Shown here: positions 10,944 to 21,582 of the stretch, piece after piece
Numbering within the stretch: position 1 is the stretch's first letter
Layout: every line of letters starts with the position of its first letter
Assembly (NCBI GenBank): GCA_002811645.1
Contig: PDIP01000016.1
Location: 62,001 to 126,000 of the forward strand
Reading direction: 5' to 3'
DNA length: 64,000 nt
Source of the DNA: Corallochytrium limacisporum Hawaii
Lineage: Eukaryota > Protista > Pluriformea
Translations under genes and position numbers: made by a program
Notes under the pieces: model-generated
What the model was told of the DNA's origin: nothing
The model's database searches: none
Seen by the model: only the letters and a program-made list of their open reading frames with translations

Positions 10944-13900
10944 ATGGCAGAAGCAGAAGATTCACCGTCCGGGTTCTACAACCGGAGAGCCTCGTACAAT
11001 GCGAATATTGGCGGACCATGGCACCAGACAAGGTCGCACAGCTACAACAGTCCTGCGCCGGGGCGCGTACGTCTGGGTCAAAGTCTTCCCGAGGGCCCTA
11101 AGCTCGCAACCATGCAGAAAGCTTTGGTACAGGTAGCCATTCAAGTCCTCGCCCTATTGGCGTGTTTGCTGGCCTACATGAACTTCCTGCTGATTCAGCC
11201 GTACATGAGTATCATTGTGGCGGCGACGTTGCTGGGTGTAAGTCTCCGGCAACCTTTCAATAGACTAGTGCACAGGATCCATGTCACTCTATCCTTAATT
11301 GAGCCGCTTAGTGAAAGCAGGAACAAAGAGAGCGGTGGCCATGACCTTTCAATGCCTCCCGGCGACGAGGTGACAGAACGTCTCAATACACCAAGGCTGG
11401 TGGTAGATGAGAGCGGGATGGAAGGAACTGATGAGGCAGATCCGCTGCACTCAACAATAGCTCCATTGGACAAACGGAAAGCACGCAGACCGCGGGCCGC
11501 AACGACACATGCAAGCGACCGGCGGGCGCAGTCCATAGGTTCTGGACGGCTAGGAATTGAAAGTGCTGTAGAGTACACCAACGGAGAGGACGAAGAGAGC
11601 TTCAAACCATTCCTCGCGCGCGCCAACTCAGTAAAATCAGCGGAGGACCTGCTGGGATCTTCCCCATCGAACAAGGACTGGGGAGAGCAACACCAAAATG
11701 CGCGGAGACTACCCGCAAGGGGATTATCAGTGGACCCGAACAGCGGCTTTGGACGGCGTCATTCTCTCCCCGGCGACGATGTCAATCATCTACGCGACGA
11801 CCTGGCTGGCAGCAGCGACTACGACCTTGATGGTGACTTCCTGATGCAATCCCATGGCAGCAGCGTCTACGATGATCCGCTTCTGCAAGTTGAGTTGCGT
11901 CGGCGTCGAATTGAGCAACTCAAGAAGGCCGAATTGCGCGGTGTATGGAAGGTTGTTTACGAATTTTTTGGCATTATCCACGAATCATTCATTGAGAGCG
12001 CGAGAGACATCATACGGCTATTGATGCGTGTTCTTTTTATTGCTTTGGAAATTTTAGGTCGGGTCCTGAACTTTGAGACACTGCAGGTTACGAGGACCCC
12101 GAAGAAACCCGAAGAGGAAAAGTCCACTATTGGAGACGTAGACGCGGGCCGAAAGAAGGGAGTCCGGGAGAGTGACGTCCTCCGTGGGTCTCCGCTGGTG
12201 CGTGTCGCGTCACAGACGTTACGCTCATTTCGATCGATCCAGAGCCTCATGCCTGATGAAGTATCGGAGCATCCGGGGCCCAACACTCGATACAACGGTC
12301 TGTCAGAAGGAGCGGGAGTATCCGCTTTCCGATCGGAGCCGACCTCTGCGGGCATTGATGATGAGGATCCTGGTCCTGTCACCGCCGGTGCGGTTAGTGA
12401 CGTATACTTCCGCTACTTGTTCCAGCTCTGTGCGGTATACATAGTTTACTCGACGGTTAAGCACTTCTACATCACTCCGGGTGCCACAAACAAGTCCTTG
12501 CGCATCACTATGGCCATGACCTGGATGTCTTTTCTAGCTTATCTGGTGTACTTCTGTGTTACGGCCGGGCACAACATTGTGCGCCAGGATGCGGGCATTC
12601 TGCGATACGCGAAACGGTTAGATAGGGCGACTGGAAACGTGACAACCCGCTTACTTCGCATCCCTTACAACATTTACCGTCTCATTATGGACTATGTGAT
12701 GGGAATTCTGGAGTCGTGCCGGATTGCCATTCTGGCCAACGTGCGATTTATAATGACGCTAACCCTAGTGCTTGCCATGGGCTTTGGTGGCATCGGCATC
12801 ACGGGCTATCTAGTTTTCCGATGTATGAACGAAGTGCAGGAAGTCCTGCTCGTTCTCAGAGGCCAAGTGAGCTATCTAGTGTCCGGTAGCGAAAACTACG
12901 ATTTCTTCCTACGCCTATGGGACTACCTGCGAACAGAAGTCAACGAGAGAGGCAGTACTTTCCTACAGAACGATCGGATCGCCCCATTGCTTGTGTTGCT
13001 CGGATTCGCATCGGATACATCGATGGGAGGATCGGAACCTCTGCTAAGGCACATGAGCACCACCATGCCGCATGTGACCATGTTGCTGAGAGACTTTGGA
13101 TTTGTTGCCGAGAACATCACCAGCACATTTGCGAACATATCGGATAGCGACCCTGCTGCTGGTGGTGAACACGGTTTCACCAGGCATACGGATCCATCTA
13201 TTGGCCTGGGCGAATCTTTTAGTCTTGCCATGAACGAAATGAGAGATGCGTTTCTCACCGCTCTCAATGACGCTGTCGGAGAGTTTGGTATCTCTGTCGA
13301 GCATGTGCTGGAGTCTGGGCAACTCAAGGACGTCAGCGCGGAGTCCCTACAAAACGCCTGGCGAATGCTGCAGCTGGCTATCACCTTTCCCATTCAACTA
13401 CTCTACTCGGTTATGTACAATGGGTTTGGTCTTGTGATCTTCTTGTCGATTGTCTTCTTCATCCTCAACGGAGACCACGACCTGCCCAACATTGTGATCC
13501 GACCCTTCCCAGTCGGTGAGCATTTCCACCGACGGTTCAGCAAGGCGGTGACGGAAGCCATTCAAGGTATTTACGTATGCACACTGAAGATCTCTGTTTT
13601 CCATATGCTTCTTACGTGGGTAACGTTCTCCTTCCTTGAGGTCAAGGGTGTATACCTAAGCATGTTGCTCGCTGGCTTCTTCAGTGTCCTACCATTCTTG
13701 TCCAGCTACATGATCTGCATCAGTCCTTTGGTGCAGGGATACTTCAAGGGCAACATGACCGGAGCAACCATTGTCTTTTTTATTCACTTCCTCGCCGTGT
13801 GGACCGTCGATGGTTACATTTACGAAGAGATCCCCTCCTCCCACCCCTTCCTGGCCGGTCTGGCCATTGTTCTCGGCATCTATACCTTTGATATCCCCGG

Positions 13901-14207
13901 GGCGCTCTACGGTCCGCTTTTGGTCTGTCTAGCGATCATTGTTTACCAAATGGTAGAGGACATCTATCTCATTGGTACCCCTCATGCATTAGGTGCACCG
14001 TCGTGGACCAGCTTAGAGACGCCCGGGCGCCAGACCAGCAGTAGTTGCGTTGAGAACCTCACAGGGGCGACTGCGTCGATGATGCCGCCGCCTCCTGCGA
14101 TGCAGGGAGGCCAGCGTTCAGCGGCTGCGGGGGGCAGCGGCAAGTGGCAAGGTGTTGGCCCTGCCACGGGTCATCGCATGACACCGTTGAGTGAGAGAAA
14201 GATTTGA
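10944..14207 (+). CDS. TMEM245: TMEM245-like multi-pass membrane protein (AI-2E family C-terminus)
   Basis: 1087 aa. C-terminal LKISVFH.LLTW..F, HPFLAGLAIVLG and GALYGPLL motifs; N-terminal TM pair. Confidence 0.85.
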   Translation: MAEAEDSPSGFYNRRASYNANIGGPWHQTRSHSYNSPAPGRVRLGQSLPEGPKLATMQKALVQVAIQVLALLACLLAYMNFLLIQPYMSIIVAATLLGVSLRQPFNRLVHRIHVTLSLIEPLSESRNKESGGHDLSMPPGDEVTERLNTPRLVVDESGMEGTDEADPLHSTIAPLDKRKARRPRAATTHASDRRAQSIGSGRLGIESAVEYTNGEDEESFKPFLARANSVKSAEDLLGSSPSNKDWGEQHQNARRLPARGLSVDPNSGFGRRHSLPGDDVNHLRDDLAGSSDYDLDGDFLMQSHGSSVYDDPLLQVELRRRRIEQLKKAELRGVWKVVYEFFGIIHESFIESARDIIRLLMRVLFIALEILGRVLNFETLQVTRTPKKPEEEKSTIGDVDAGRKKGVRESDVLRGSPLVRVASQTLRSFRSIQSLMPDEVSEHPGPNTRYNGLSEGAGVSAFRSEPTSAGIDDEDPGPVTAGAVSDVYFRYLFQLCAVYIVYSTVKHFYITPGATNKSLRITMAMTWMSFLAYLVYFCVTAGHNIVRQDAGILRYAKRLDRATGNVTTRLLRIPYNIYRLIMDYVMGILESCRIAILANVRFIMTLTLVLAMGFGGIGITGYLVFRCMNEVQEVLLVLRGQVSYLVSGSENYDFFLRLWDYLRTEVNERGSTFLQNDRIAPLLVLLGFASDTSMGGSEPLLRHMSTTMPHVTMLLRDFGFVAENITSTFANISDSDPAAGGEHGFTRHTDPSIGLGESFSLAMNEMRDAFLTALNDAVGEFGISVEHVLESGQLKDVSAESLQNAWRMLQLAITFPIQLLYSVMYNGFGLVIFLSIVFFILNGDHDLPNIVIRPFPVGEHFHRRFSKAVTEAIQGIYVCTLKISVFHMLLTWVTFSFLEVKGVYLSMLLAGFFSVLPFLSSYMICISPLVQGYFKGNMTGATIVFFIHFLAVWTVDGYIYEEIPSSHPFLAGLAIVLGIYTFDIPGALYGPLLVCLAIIVYQMVEDIYLIGTPHALGAPSWTSLETPGRQTSSSCVENLTGATASMMPPPPAMQGGQRSAAAGGSGKWQGVGPATGHRMTPLSERKI

Positions 14208-14316
14208 ATTTGTGCGCATCATCGCCGTTGGATAGGGAACTCATTAGTTGTTAAAACAATAATATACATGTATGATACAATAGTAGTGATGAAGACGCGT
14301 TGCTTTTCTTGTACAT

Positions 14317-14754
14317 TCACTGGTCGTCATACTGCCCGACGTCCTCAGCGTCCAATCGTTCGCTGACCTCTGCCACAACCTCCGGGTAGTATTGGGCCAC
14401 GCTGCGCTGCAGTTTCAGAACCCGCTCGTGCAGTGCCTGCATATCTTCTCGCAGCGCCTTCACCTCCTTCGTATGTTGCTTCAGCCGGGTTGTGTTGGTG
14501 TCTGCCAAACTTTCTGTGAAATTGAGAAATCCGTTCAATGTTTCGTTGCTTTTCTCAAATTGCAGGAGTATCTTCTTCTGAACATCTGCCATCCCACGAA
14601 TGTCCTCGAGACTGGCCGTGTCCGCAATGGCTTTGGAGAAGACTTCGGTTGCGGCACCTGTTTCGGCATCATAATCGCAGTCTTCGGATTGAAATGAACT
14701 CATAGAGACTGAAGTTACAATGCCAGGCTGCTTACTTGGCGCTTGATTTTCCAT
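14317..14754 (-). CDS. KXD1: KxDL-domain protein (BORC/BLOC-1-associated KXD1)
   Basis: Q..IL..FEKSNE.L..F and HTK.V..LREDM..L..RV..L coiled-coil pattern. Confidence 0.82.
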   Translation of the reverse strand: MENQAPSKQPGIVTSVSMSSFQSEDCDYDAETGAATEVFSKAIADTASLEDIRGMADVQKKILLQFEKSNETLNGFLNFTESLADTNTTRLKQHTKEVKALREDMQALHERVLKLQRSVAQYYPEVVAEVSERLDAEDVGQYDDQ

Positions 14755-14901
14755 GTTTGCGCCTTTTCGCTTTCCTAAGGTTTTGGATCCACTGCTTCCT
14801 CTGTTGTTCCGCAGATTCCAACTAAACGGGTATGTATCTCTACATTCCCTTCTCTTTTGCTGTCTCTATTAAGTGATCATCCAACTCTATTTGATAGCAT
14901 C

Positions 14902-14926
14902 TCATTCATTCATTCATTCATTCATT
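14902..14926 (+). repeat. (TCAT)6 microsatellite
   Basis: Read directly from the sequence. Confidence 0.9.
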
Positions 14927-15447
14927 ATCAAAAGGCATTGCGAGGTAACCTATGCAGTTCCACAAATAGCATCCAAAGTAGGCCAACTACAAGTACCCAG
15001 GAGGGACTGGCTCTTTTGCACCCAAATCCCCTCACACTCCCCACCGAAGCCCTAACCCACTGCCGCATAACAACAATAGAAAAATTGGGCCCCCAATTTG
15101 CGCGCGGCTTTGCGTACGGACGGGTTACGCGTAGAGATGGATGAACGCCACTGGTGCCGGGGTGGCTGTTTTTAGGGCCCCCAGTGTTTGCTTTTCGGGT
15201 ACGCTCGTGTATCGATGAGTACAGTTATTGCTGTTGTCGGATCAATTCCCTCGTAAGTTCATAGCACTGTCCCGTTCATTTCCTTTTTAATGGGTCGTTC
15301 ATGTAAGATATGGTATTTATCATTCCGCACGTGGACGACTCATCGTATGGTCGGTAATGGTAGGCACGTGTTGATATCGATCTGAGAACATTCAAGGCTA
15401 TGGATCTGTAGAAAACTTGTGACCGGTTTTCTACTTTAGAGCATACC

Positions 15448-16455
15448 ATGGCCGCTGTGACCACAGCCACTCAATGGCTATCCCAGATACAAGAGCGCGT
15501 ACTTCATTGGTGGCAAGGCGCGACTGAGCAACACCAGGGCTACGTTCTGCGGAGCCAGCTACAGAGTGCGGTCAGCAGTCTACAACTGGCACTGCGAGAT
15601 CTTGGTCTGCAAAGCAATTACAAGCAAAAGGAACCTGAGACTTTTCTTGAACAGATTGAAGCATACATGCAATATGCAACGCGATTAATCTTCCCTCGGT
15701 TCACACCTGGAGAGGCGTCTGCCTTTTGCCTCGGTTTTGCGATGGCCTGCGTTCTATGTTTGGTTGTGTTCGCCCACAGCAGTCGACGTGAAGTATGTAA
15801 ACAGATCATTGATCTCAAATCCCATGACAGGTTACTATACGAAGTGAAGCAGGAGCTGATAAAGATTCAAGAGTTCGGCCGAAAGACTCCGGACACACTG
15901 TACGAAAGGGAGTTGTTCATGAGCCCCAGCCAGATGGTCGACATGGGACTACTTCGAGAGACCCTGCTGCAGCAAGAAATCGAAAGGGAGGCCATGAAGA
16001 TTGCGGCTGGATCAAATGACGCCACTATTCCATCCCCGCGACCCCTTGGGGTCAGTCGAGCCCGGTCAAACCCCTCAAAGCTGTCGTCCAATGCCACAAA
16101 CAGTACCACCAGTGGTAGCATGAACTTTAGAGAATGGGTTAAGAAGATGGATGAGATGGAGGATATGACACCGATGCGAGAGCTCCGCAATAACCACGCG
16201 GCCAATGCTGGTCCATACACACCCAAGTCCGGCTACGGTTCCACAGAAGGATCCACTGTTGATCTTAATCTTTCCGATATGAAACTCCGTGAACGATTCA
16301 TCAATGGCGCGGGTATAAGTCACAGTGAACCCCGGCCGTACCGAGTGGGCCGTGCAGTCGCTGGCGCCGCGCTTGCCGAGGACGAGGAAGACGAGATTAG
16401 CCCAGGTAAGGGCTTCGAGTCCGCGTCCGCTTCCAAATACGCCGTGGGTGCATGA
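15448..16455 (+). CDS. Hypothetical single-pass membrane protein with coiled coil and S/T-rich tail
   Basis: 335-aa ORF with ACCATGG start context and hydrophobic segment AFCLGFAMACVLCLVVFA; no family recognised. Confidence 0.7.
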   Translation: MAAVTTATQWLSQIQERVLHWWQGATEQHQGYVLRSQLQSAVSSLQLALRDLGLQSNYKQKEPETFLEQIEAYMQYATRLIFPRFTPGEASAFCLGFAMACVLCLVVFAHSSRREVCKQIIDLKSHDRLLYEVKQELIKIQEFGRKTPDTLYERELFMSPSQMVDMGLLRETLLQQEIEREAMKIAAGSNDATIPSPRPLGVSRARSNPSKLSSNATNSTTSGSMNFREWVKKMDEMEDMTPMRELRNNHAANAGPYTPKSGYGSTEGSTVDLNLSDMKLRERFINGAGISHSEPRPYRVGRAVAGAALAEDEEDEISPGKGFESASASKYAVGA

Positions 16456-16574
16456 AAGACAATAAACACAAAAAGACATATTCTCTCAGAAAGCAACTAC
16501 AGTCCGCCCGTCAACCTAAACCGTTGTTGTGGAACTCCTATAATTTAATGGCCCTCTATACTGTTATCACTATA

Positions 16575-17684
16575 CTAGCCCAAGAGCTGAGCAATCTGTT
16601 CCGTTTTGCTGGCATCAAGGTCTGTAGGGATCACAACCTGAATCTTGACGAAAAGGTCGCCTTTCTTTGACGCCATCTCGTGGTATGGCATGCCTTCACC
16701 AACAACCGTGAGCACATCTCCCGGCTGGCTCACACCATCACGCGCAATGACGAACTCATGCCCGTCCAAGTGGATGCGTGTTGTGCTGAATCCTTGCAGA
16801 GCGTCCTTTAGACTAATATCCAACTTCACTTCGAGATTATTGCCGTCCCGCACAAAGGTCGAGTGCGGTTGGGTTGCAATACGGAAGATGACATCACCGG
16901 GAATTGTGTCAACTTCTTGGTCACCTTCCCGAACAAAAACAATTGGTTCACCATCCGGGATGCCTGCCTCTACGTCCACAGTCAACTTCCGCTTACCACG
17001 CGTGTGCTTTTTACCTTCACAAACAGGGCACTTTTCCGTAATCTTCACACCGGTGCCTCCGCAGACATTGCATGGTCTCTGCATGCGCTGTACCATGCCC
17101 GGACCTAGGCGCTGTTCAACGACAATCTGACCACGACCTTGGCACTTGGGACACTGCTGTATTGCTTCCTGACTGGCTGCTCCGGATCCATGGCAATGAG
17201 AACAGATCGTTTTCTTGACCACTTCGACCTCGAAGGTGGCTCCGTTGTAAATGTCTTCTAGAGTGACCAAGAGATCAGCCACGATGTTGTCACCCCTTCG
17301 CTGGGCATTTCGGTGACCACCTCCGAAGAAAGATCCAAAGAAATCTGCGAAGGGATCGAAGCCACCACCGCCACGCCCGCCTCTGCCGCCGTCCTCCATG
17401 CGCTCTAGACCCGGGAAGCCTTCACGGTCGTAGACAACTTTTTTCTCTTCGTCGCTCAAGACGTCGTATGCAGATTGCAATTCTGCAAACTTTTCCTCCG
17501 CGTGAGGGTCGTCCTGGTTCTTATCCGGATGCAACGAACGGGCCAGCTTTCTGTAAGCTTTGCGAATATCTGCTTCGCTGGCGTTGCGCTGGACGCCGAG
17601 AACCTCGTAGAGGTCACGGCGATTGGCATCAACCAGGCAGACCAGAAGCAAGGCGAAAAGAAAGAGGTAGCCCCAGACTCGCAT
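16575..17684 (-). CDS. ER-lumenal type I DnaJ (Scj1/ERdj3-like)
   Basis: Signal peptide, J domain with HPD, G/F region, four CxxCxG repeats, DnaJ C-terminal domains. Confidence 0.92.
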   Translation of the reverse strand: MRVWGYLFLFALLLVCLVDANRRDLYEVLGVQRNASEADIRKAYRKLARSLHPDKNQDDPHAEEKFAELQSAYDVLSDEEKKVVYDREGFPGLERMEDGGRGGRGGGGFDPFADFFGSFFGGGHRNAQRRGDNIVADLLVTLEDIYNGATFEVEVVKKTICSHCHGSGAASQEAIQQCPKCQGRGQIVVEQRLGPGMVQRMQRPCNVCGGTGVKITEKCPVCEGKKHTRGKRKLTVDVEAGIPDGEPIVFVREGDQEVDTIPGDVIFRIATQPHSTFVRDGNNLEVKLDISLKDALQGFSTTRIHLDGHEFVIARDGVSQPGDVLTVVGEGMPYHEMASKKGDLFVKIQVVIPTDLDASKTEQIAQLLG

Positions 17685-19093
17685 GGTTCTTCTTTATTTG
17701 TACACTATCCACGTACCAATCTGAAACAATTTGTTCTTCAAAACTCTGCTCACCTTCAGACCATGTCTATCTCTCTTTGGTTAATGGGACGTCCGACCAG
17801 CGAGTTCCAAGGGAGAAGTGTATTGACTGTTTGTGTACGTATGCCTTACTTCTACAATACCTGATCGAGACAACGTTCTCACAAGGTGCTCGAAACGGCT
17901 GACCGAGACGCCAGTGGCCGACCGAGACGGGATTCCCCAAGCCATTCAAAACCGGGGACCAGCACTGGCCCAAACAAACACGGGGATAAAATAGAAACTA
18001 AGAGAACATAGTACTTGGCCAGCGTTGGCTACGCTCACACGCATGCTGAGTATTGTGGGCTGGGTGCGTGGTGGGACGGGGGCTGTCTGATGCAGTGGCA
18101 GGCAGACTAAGGCCCCGCTGTTGTGCCTTTTTGGTAACTTCCCTCATTTCCACGGAGTGTCCAACAAGGCCCCCCCCCGGAGCGGGTTTGGGGGGTGGTG
18201 GGGAAGTTCGGGAATTACGTGTTTGCCAATCCAGTCCCGGGTGTAAAATAGGCCCGAAAATAGCTGCCTGGGGTGGAGGGACGTGGCGACGTCCGGCGAA
18301 CGTTGTGAAGACTGGGAACCGAGACGTTGATAGATGCACGCCTTGAGCATCGACAAGATATCGTTCTATTGTTTGGTCAAAGAGGACAAATGGTTGAGCA
18401 CGAGTGATGATAATGTGTGGATGATATAAAAAGAGGAGATCAAAGGTGCCTTTCCTTTCTTTTCGTCCGTCGTTTGCGTTCATTCTGTTGGCCCTTACGA
18501 GTGGAGCTACATTGACATGTTTGAATGATTATGAGATATGATGCTTGTCCCAACTGACACAGTAAGGTAACATAGAAAGGCACAGACAACCACCATACGG
18601 CTTTTGAGATATCGAACTTAGTAAGAGAAAAGTATTGAAAGAGGGGAGACAGGTCTTTGTTGTTGGAAGGAAAGGAAGACAAGTTGCCGTGAGTTGTCCG
18701 GTAGGCCTCGGGCTCTACATTGAATGTGCGCTTCACCATTTCCTGATACAGTTGAGAAACGAATGAAAACAAGACCGAGAAGAGAAGGAAAGGACTTGGG
18801 GGTCATCGAAATGTGAAAGACTAGGGAGGTGAAGAAGGTCCTGACGAGTTGTTGAGATTGAGAGAATCAGAGATGAAGTTAGAGGGATGACAGGACAATG
18901 CAAAATCGAATGTTGGGTGACACCTGTTGATCTTGACGATGTTGCGGCAGCCAGTACAACGCAAACGCCGAATAGGATCAACAGCAATACCCCTAAACAA
19001 AGGGGGGACGAAAGGGCACAGCAAACCGAATTTTGCCGCACTTCCGTAAAATGGGTCCTCCAAATTGTGAGAATATGAGATGCCCCACTGAAT

Positions 19094-20740
19094 TCAGCGG
19101 ATCATTCCGGCACGGAAACCAGAGCTGGCATTCTGTCCCATGCTGCCGAGGTTAATGGATCCCATTTCCTTCTTACCCTCGCTGGCGAAGCATTTCCAGA
19201 AGCGCAGGGTCTCGTCACCTGCGGCACTGCAAACGGTCTGTCCATCCGGGGATATGGCCATGTGCAGAACACGCGAAGTGTGACCTGTCAGCTCTGTGAC
19301 CTTGGCCATGGAAGGATATTTCCAGATGCAGAGCTGATTCTGACTAAAACCGTGAGAGCTTACAATCTCACGATGCTCTGTATTCCACAGCAGCGAGCAA
19401 ACCTGGCTCTTGGTGTCAATGGAATTCAGGCAGGTGCCATTCGTGGCATTCCAGAAGCGAATGTGACGGTCGGCAGTACCACCACCAGAAGCCAGTGTAT
19501 TGGCGTTCCATGGGCACCACGCCAGGGCCTTGACGGCCGCAGTATGGTCTGAAAGAACGTGCCTGGCTGATGTACCCTCTCCGTCTCGCCGGCCGGCAGT
19601 AGTGCTAGCATCCCAAAGCATGAGCAAGTTATCATTGGCTCCTGATGCCAACATGGACCCATCTGGGCTCCACTTCAAGCCACAGATCTCTTGCTCATGG
19701 CCAGTTAGAGTGGCTGTGTGATGCTCACGGGCACGGACGTCATGATGGTGTATGTTACCACTACGACTGCCGCTGCTTAGGATGTGACGGTTCCAGCTCA
19801 TGGCTCCTACACGGGCTGTATGACCCTTCATGGAGCGCATCATGCGCTGTTTCTCTACGTCCCACAGCTGCACTTCACCGCCGTCAGTACCGACAGCGAG
19901 GTACGAGCCTTTTTGAATCCAGCTCACGCTAGATACGTAGGCATCATCTCCACCGTTTTCTACGTCCATGAGATGTTGGATGGCACCTGTGCCGGCATTC
20001 CAAATGTAGACGCTGGGTCCAAGGGCTACCGCAAGGAGATTGCTTGCATTCCAGTCCAGCAGATTCAGATAGTAATCATCCATCAGCTCCGGCGCATCAA
20101 GAATGCGATCCGGTGCCTGGGGAATAATACGATTACTTTTGCGGGTACGATTAGCGCCGCTGACTGAGCGACCAGAATAAAGCACCCGGAGGTTGTTTTG
20201 GTGTTCCATGGAAGGCAGGGGTGCCTTCTGTGTGTACGTCAGAATCTTGGAAGATTTTGTTCCCGGACGGAAGAGAGCCTCTTCGGCACTGCGGCTGTAG
20301 GCCTGCTTCGATGGTGATCCGCAGGTGCAGTACGCATTTCGACAGATGCAATCTTCAGGATCCCGGTCCAATTCGGTGTCCCGGCTTGAGTCCGCGCGAT
20401 CAGACCCATTTCCGTCCGCTCCTGCGCTACCTTTCGGAGCCTTGGACGGACTTCCCTTCTTGCTGACTAAATGATGGTGTCCAAGGTCAAAGTTCATGGC
20501 ACCACGAGTGGGAATGAAGCGATCACGGTCGCGATCACCTGGACCTGACATGTTTTCGTCATTGCTCGCGGGACCACCAAGCTTTGGCCCCCTCTGCTTG
20601 CGTAGAGGAGTGTTGTGTGCGGATCCTCGAGTCAACACTTTCTTGCGAAGTGTGGGAGGACCGTTTGCTCCACCGCTGGCATTCAACCTGGAAGGAGTAC
20701 CTAGCAGGGGAGCCCTACTAGTTGTGTGTTCTATTGACAT
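19094..20740 (-). CDS. CDC20: APC/C co-activator Cdc20/Fizzy
   Basis: C-box DRFIPTR, ILDAPEL.DDYYLNLLDW, WD40 repeats, C-terminal IR tail. Confidence 0.95.
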   Translation of the reverse strand: MSIEHTTSRAPLLGTPSRLNASGGANGPPTLRKKVLTRGSAHNTPLRKQRGPKLGGPASNDENMSGPGDRDRDRFIPTRGAMNFDLGHHHLVSKKGSPSKAPKGSAGADGNGSDRADSSRDTELDRDPEDCICRNAYCTCGSPSKQAYSRSAEEALFRPGTKSSKILTYTQKAPLPSMEHQNNLRVLYSGRSVSGANRTRKSNRIIPQAPDRILDAPELMDDYYLNLLDWNASNLLAVALGPSVYIWNAGTGAIQHLMDVENGGDDAYVSSVSWIQKGSYLAVGTDGGEVQLWDVEKQRMMRSMKGHTARVGAMSWNRHILSSGSRSGNIHHHDVRAREHHTATLTGHEQEICGLKWSPDGSMLASGANDNLLMLWDASTTAGRRDGEGTSARHVLSDHTAAVKALAWCPWNANTLASGGGTADRHIRFWNATNGTCLNSIDTKSQVCSLLWNTEHREIVSSHGFSQNQLCIWKYPSMAKVTELTGHTSRVLHMAISPDGQTVCSAAGDETLRFWKCFASEGKKEMGSINLGSMGQNASSGFRAGMIR

Positions 20741-21326
20741 CTGTGCCTTAGGAGATCTTGTGCCTCTTCAAAGGACGACTATTGGTTACAATAAATGTTC
20801 CGCTTATAGGATTGGCTATACACCGGATTGTTTGGATGCTAAGTTTTGTTCTTATCTATGCTTGAAATGGAATCAACTGCTCTGGTAGCCTGAAATTTAA
20901 TCATTGAAGTAGGTTGCGGTAACCAATACTTGATTGTGCGGCTGCAGAAAGCCAGTATGCCTTACGCATAGTCACACAGCTTGAAGATAGAACAGTCAGT
21001 TCCACAACAACTCCCATCAAACCATTGAAGAATGGAGACAACCAAACCAAGAGAGCTACGGACGCGAGGTTCTCGCCTCGGTACAGTCAGGGTCTCGTCT
21101 ATGTTGGTCTTTCCAGCAGTCTTGGCGTTTATGGCCCTTCACTTGTTGTGCACCCAGTGGACGACCCTTATGTGGTTCTCCAGTAAAATTCTTGGACATT
21201 TAGTGAAACCGGTTTACAATTTTTAAACTTTCCCCGCCTACCCCTTCACTATCAAGTTTATATGGATTTTATTTCACCTGGCCCTCGCACCGGTGCGCTC
21301 ACAAAAAAACCAAACTTGGCGACCTG

Positions 21327-21339
21327 CCCCGGGGGGGGG
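21327..21339. promoter_or_regulatory. C4G9 tract upstream of CDC20
   Basis: CCCCGGGGGGGGG about 590 nt upstream of the CDC20 ATG. Confidence 0.45.
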
Positions 21340-21582
21340 TCGGTTTCCCTCTTCCCCACGGTTCTCCATTGGCACGAGCCTCACCATCTCTCTCCCGGGT
21401 AAAAATAGACCCCGAACCGTCCTGCCCAAAAATTCAACTCCGGATCGGAACTCGTATGGAATGTCCGTTACGTAACACTGGCTTATGTGTTTATGGCTTA
21501 AATATTTCAATGACAGCAAAGTTGTATGTGGAAAATAGTAAAAGGTTCTCAGTATCTGTGTAAGAGCATGGCTTCTCAACCT

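Noticed and set aside
18404-18560. GTGATGA...CTGA as a C/D snoRNA
   Set aside because: No terminal stem and no recognisable rRNA complement.
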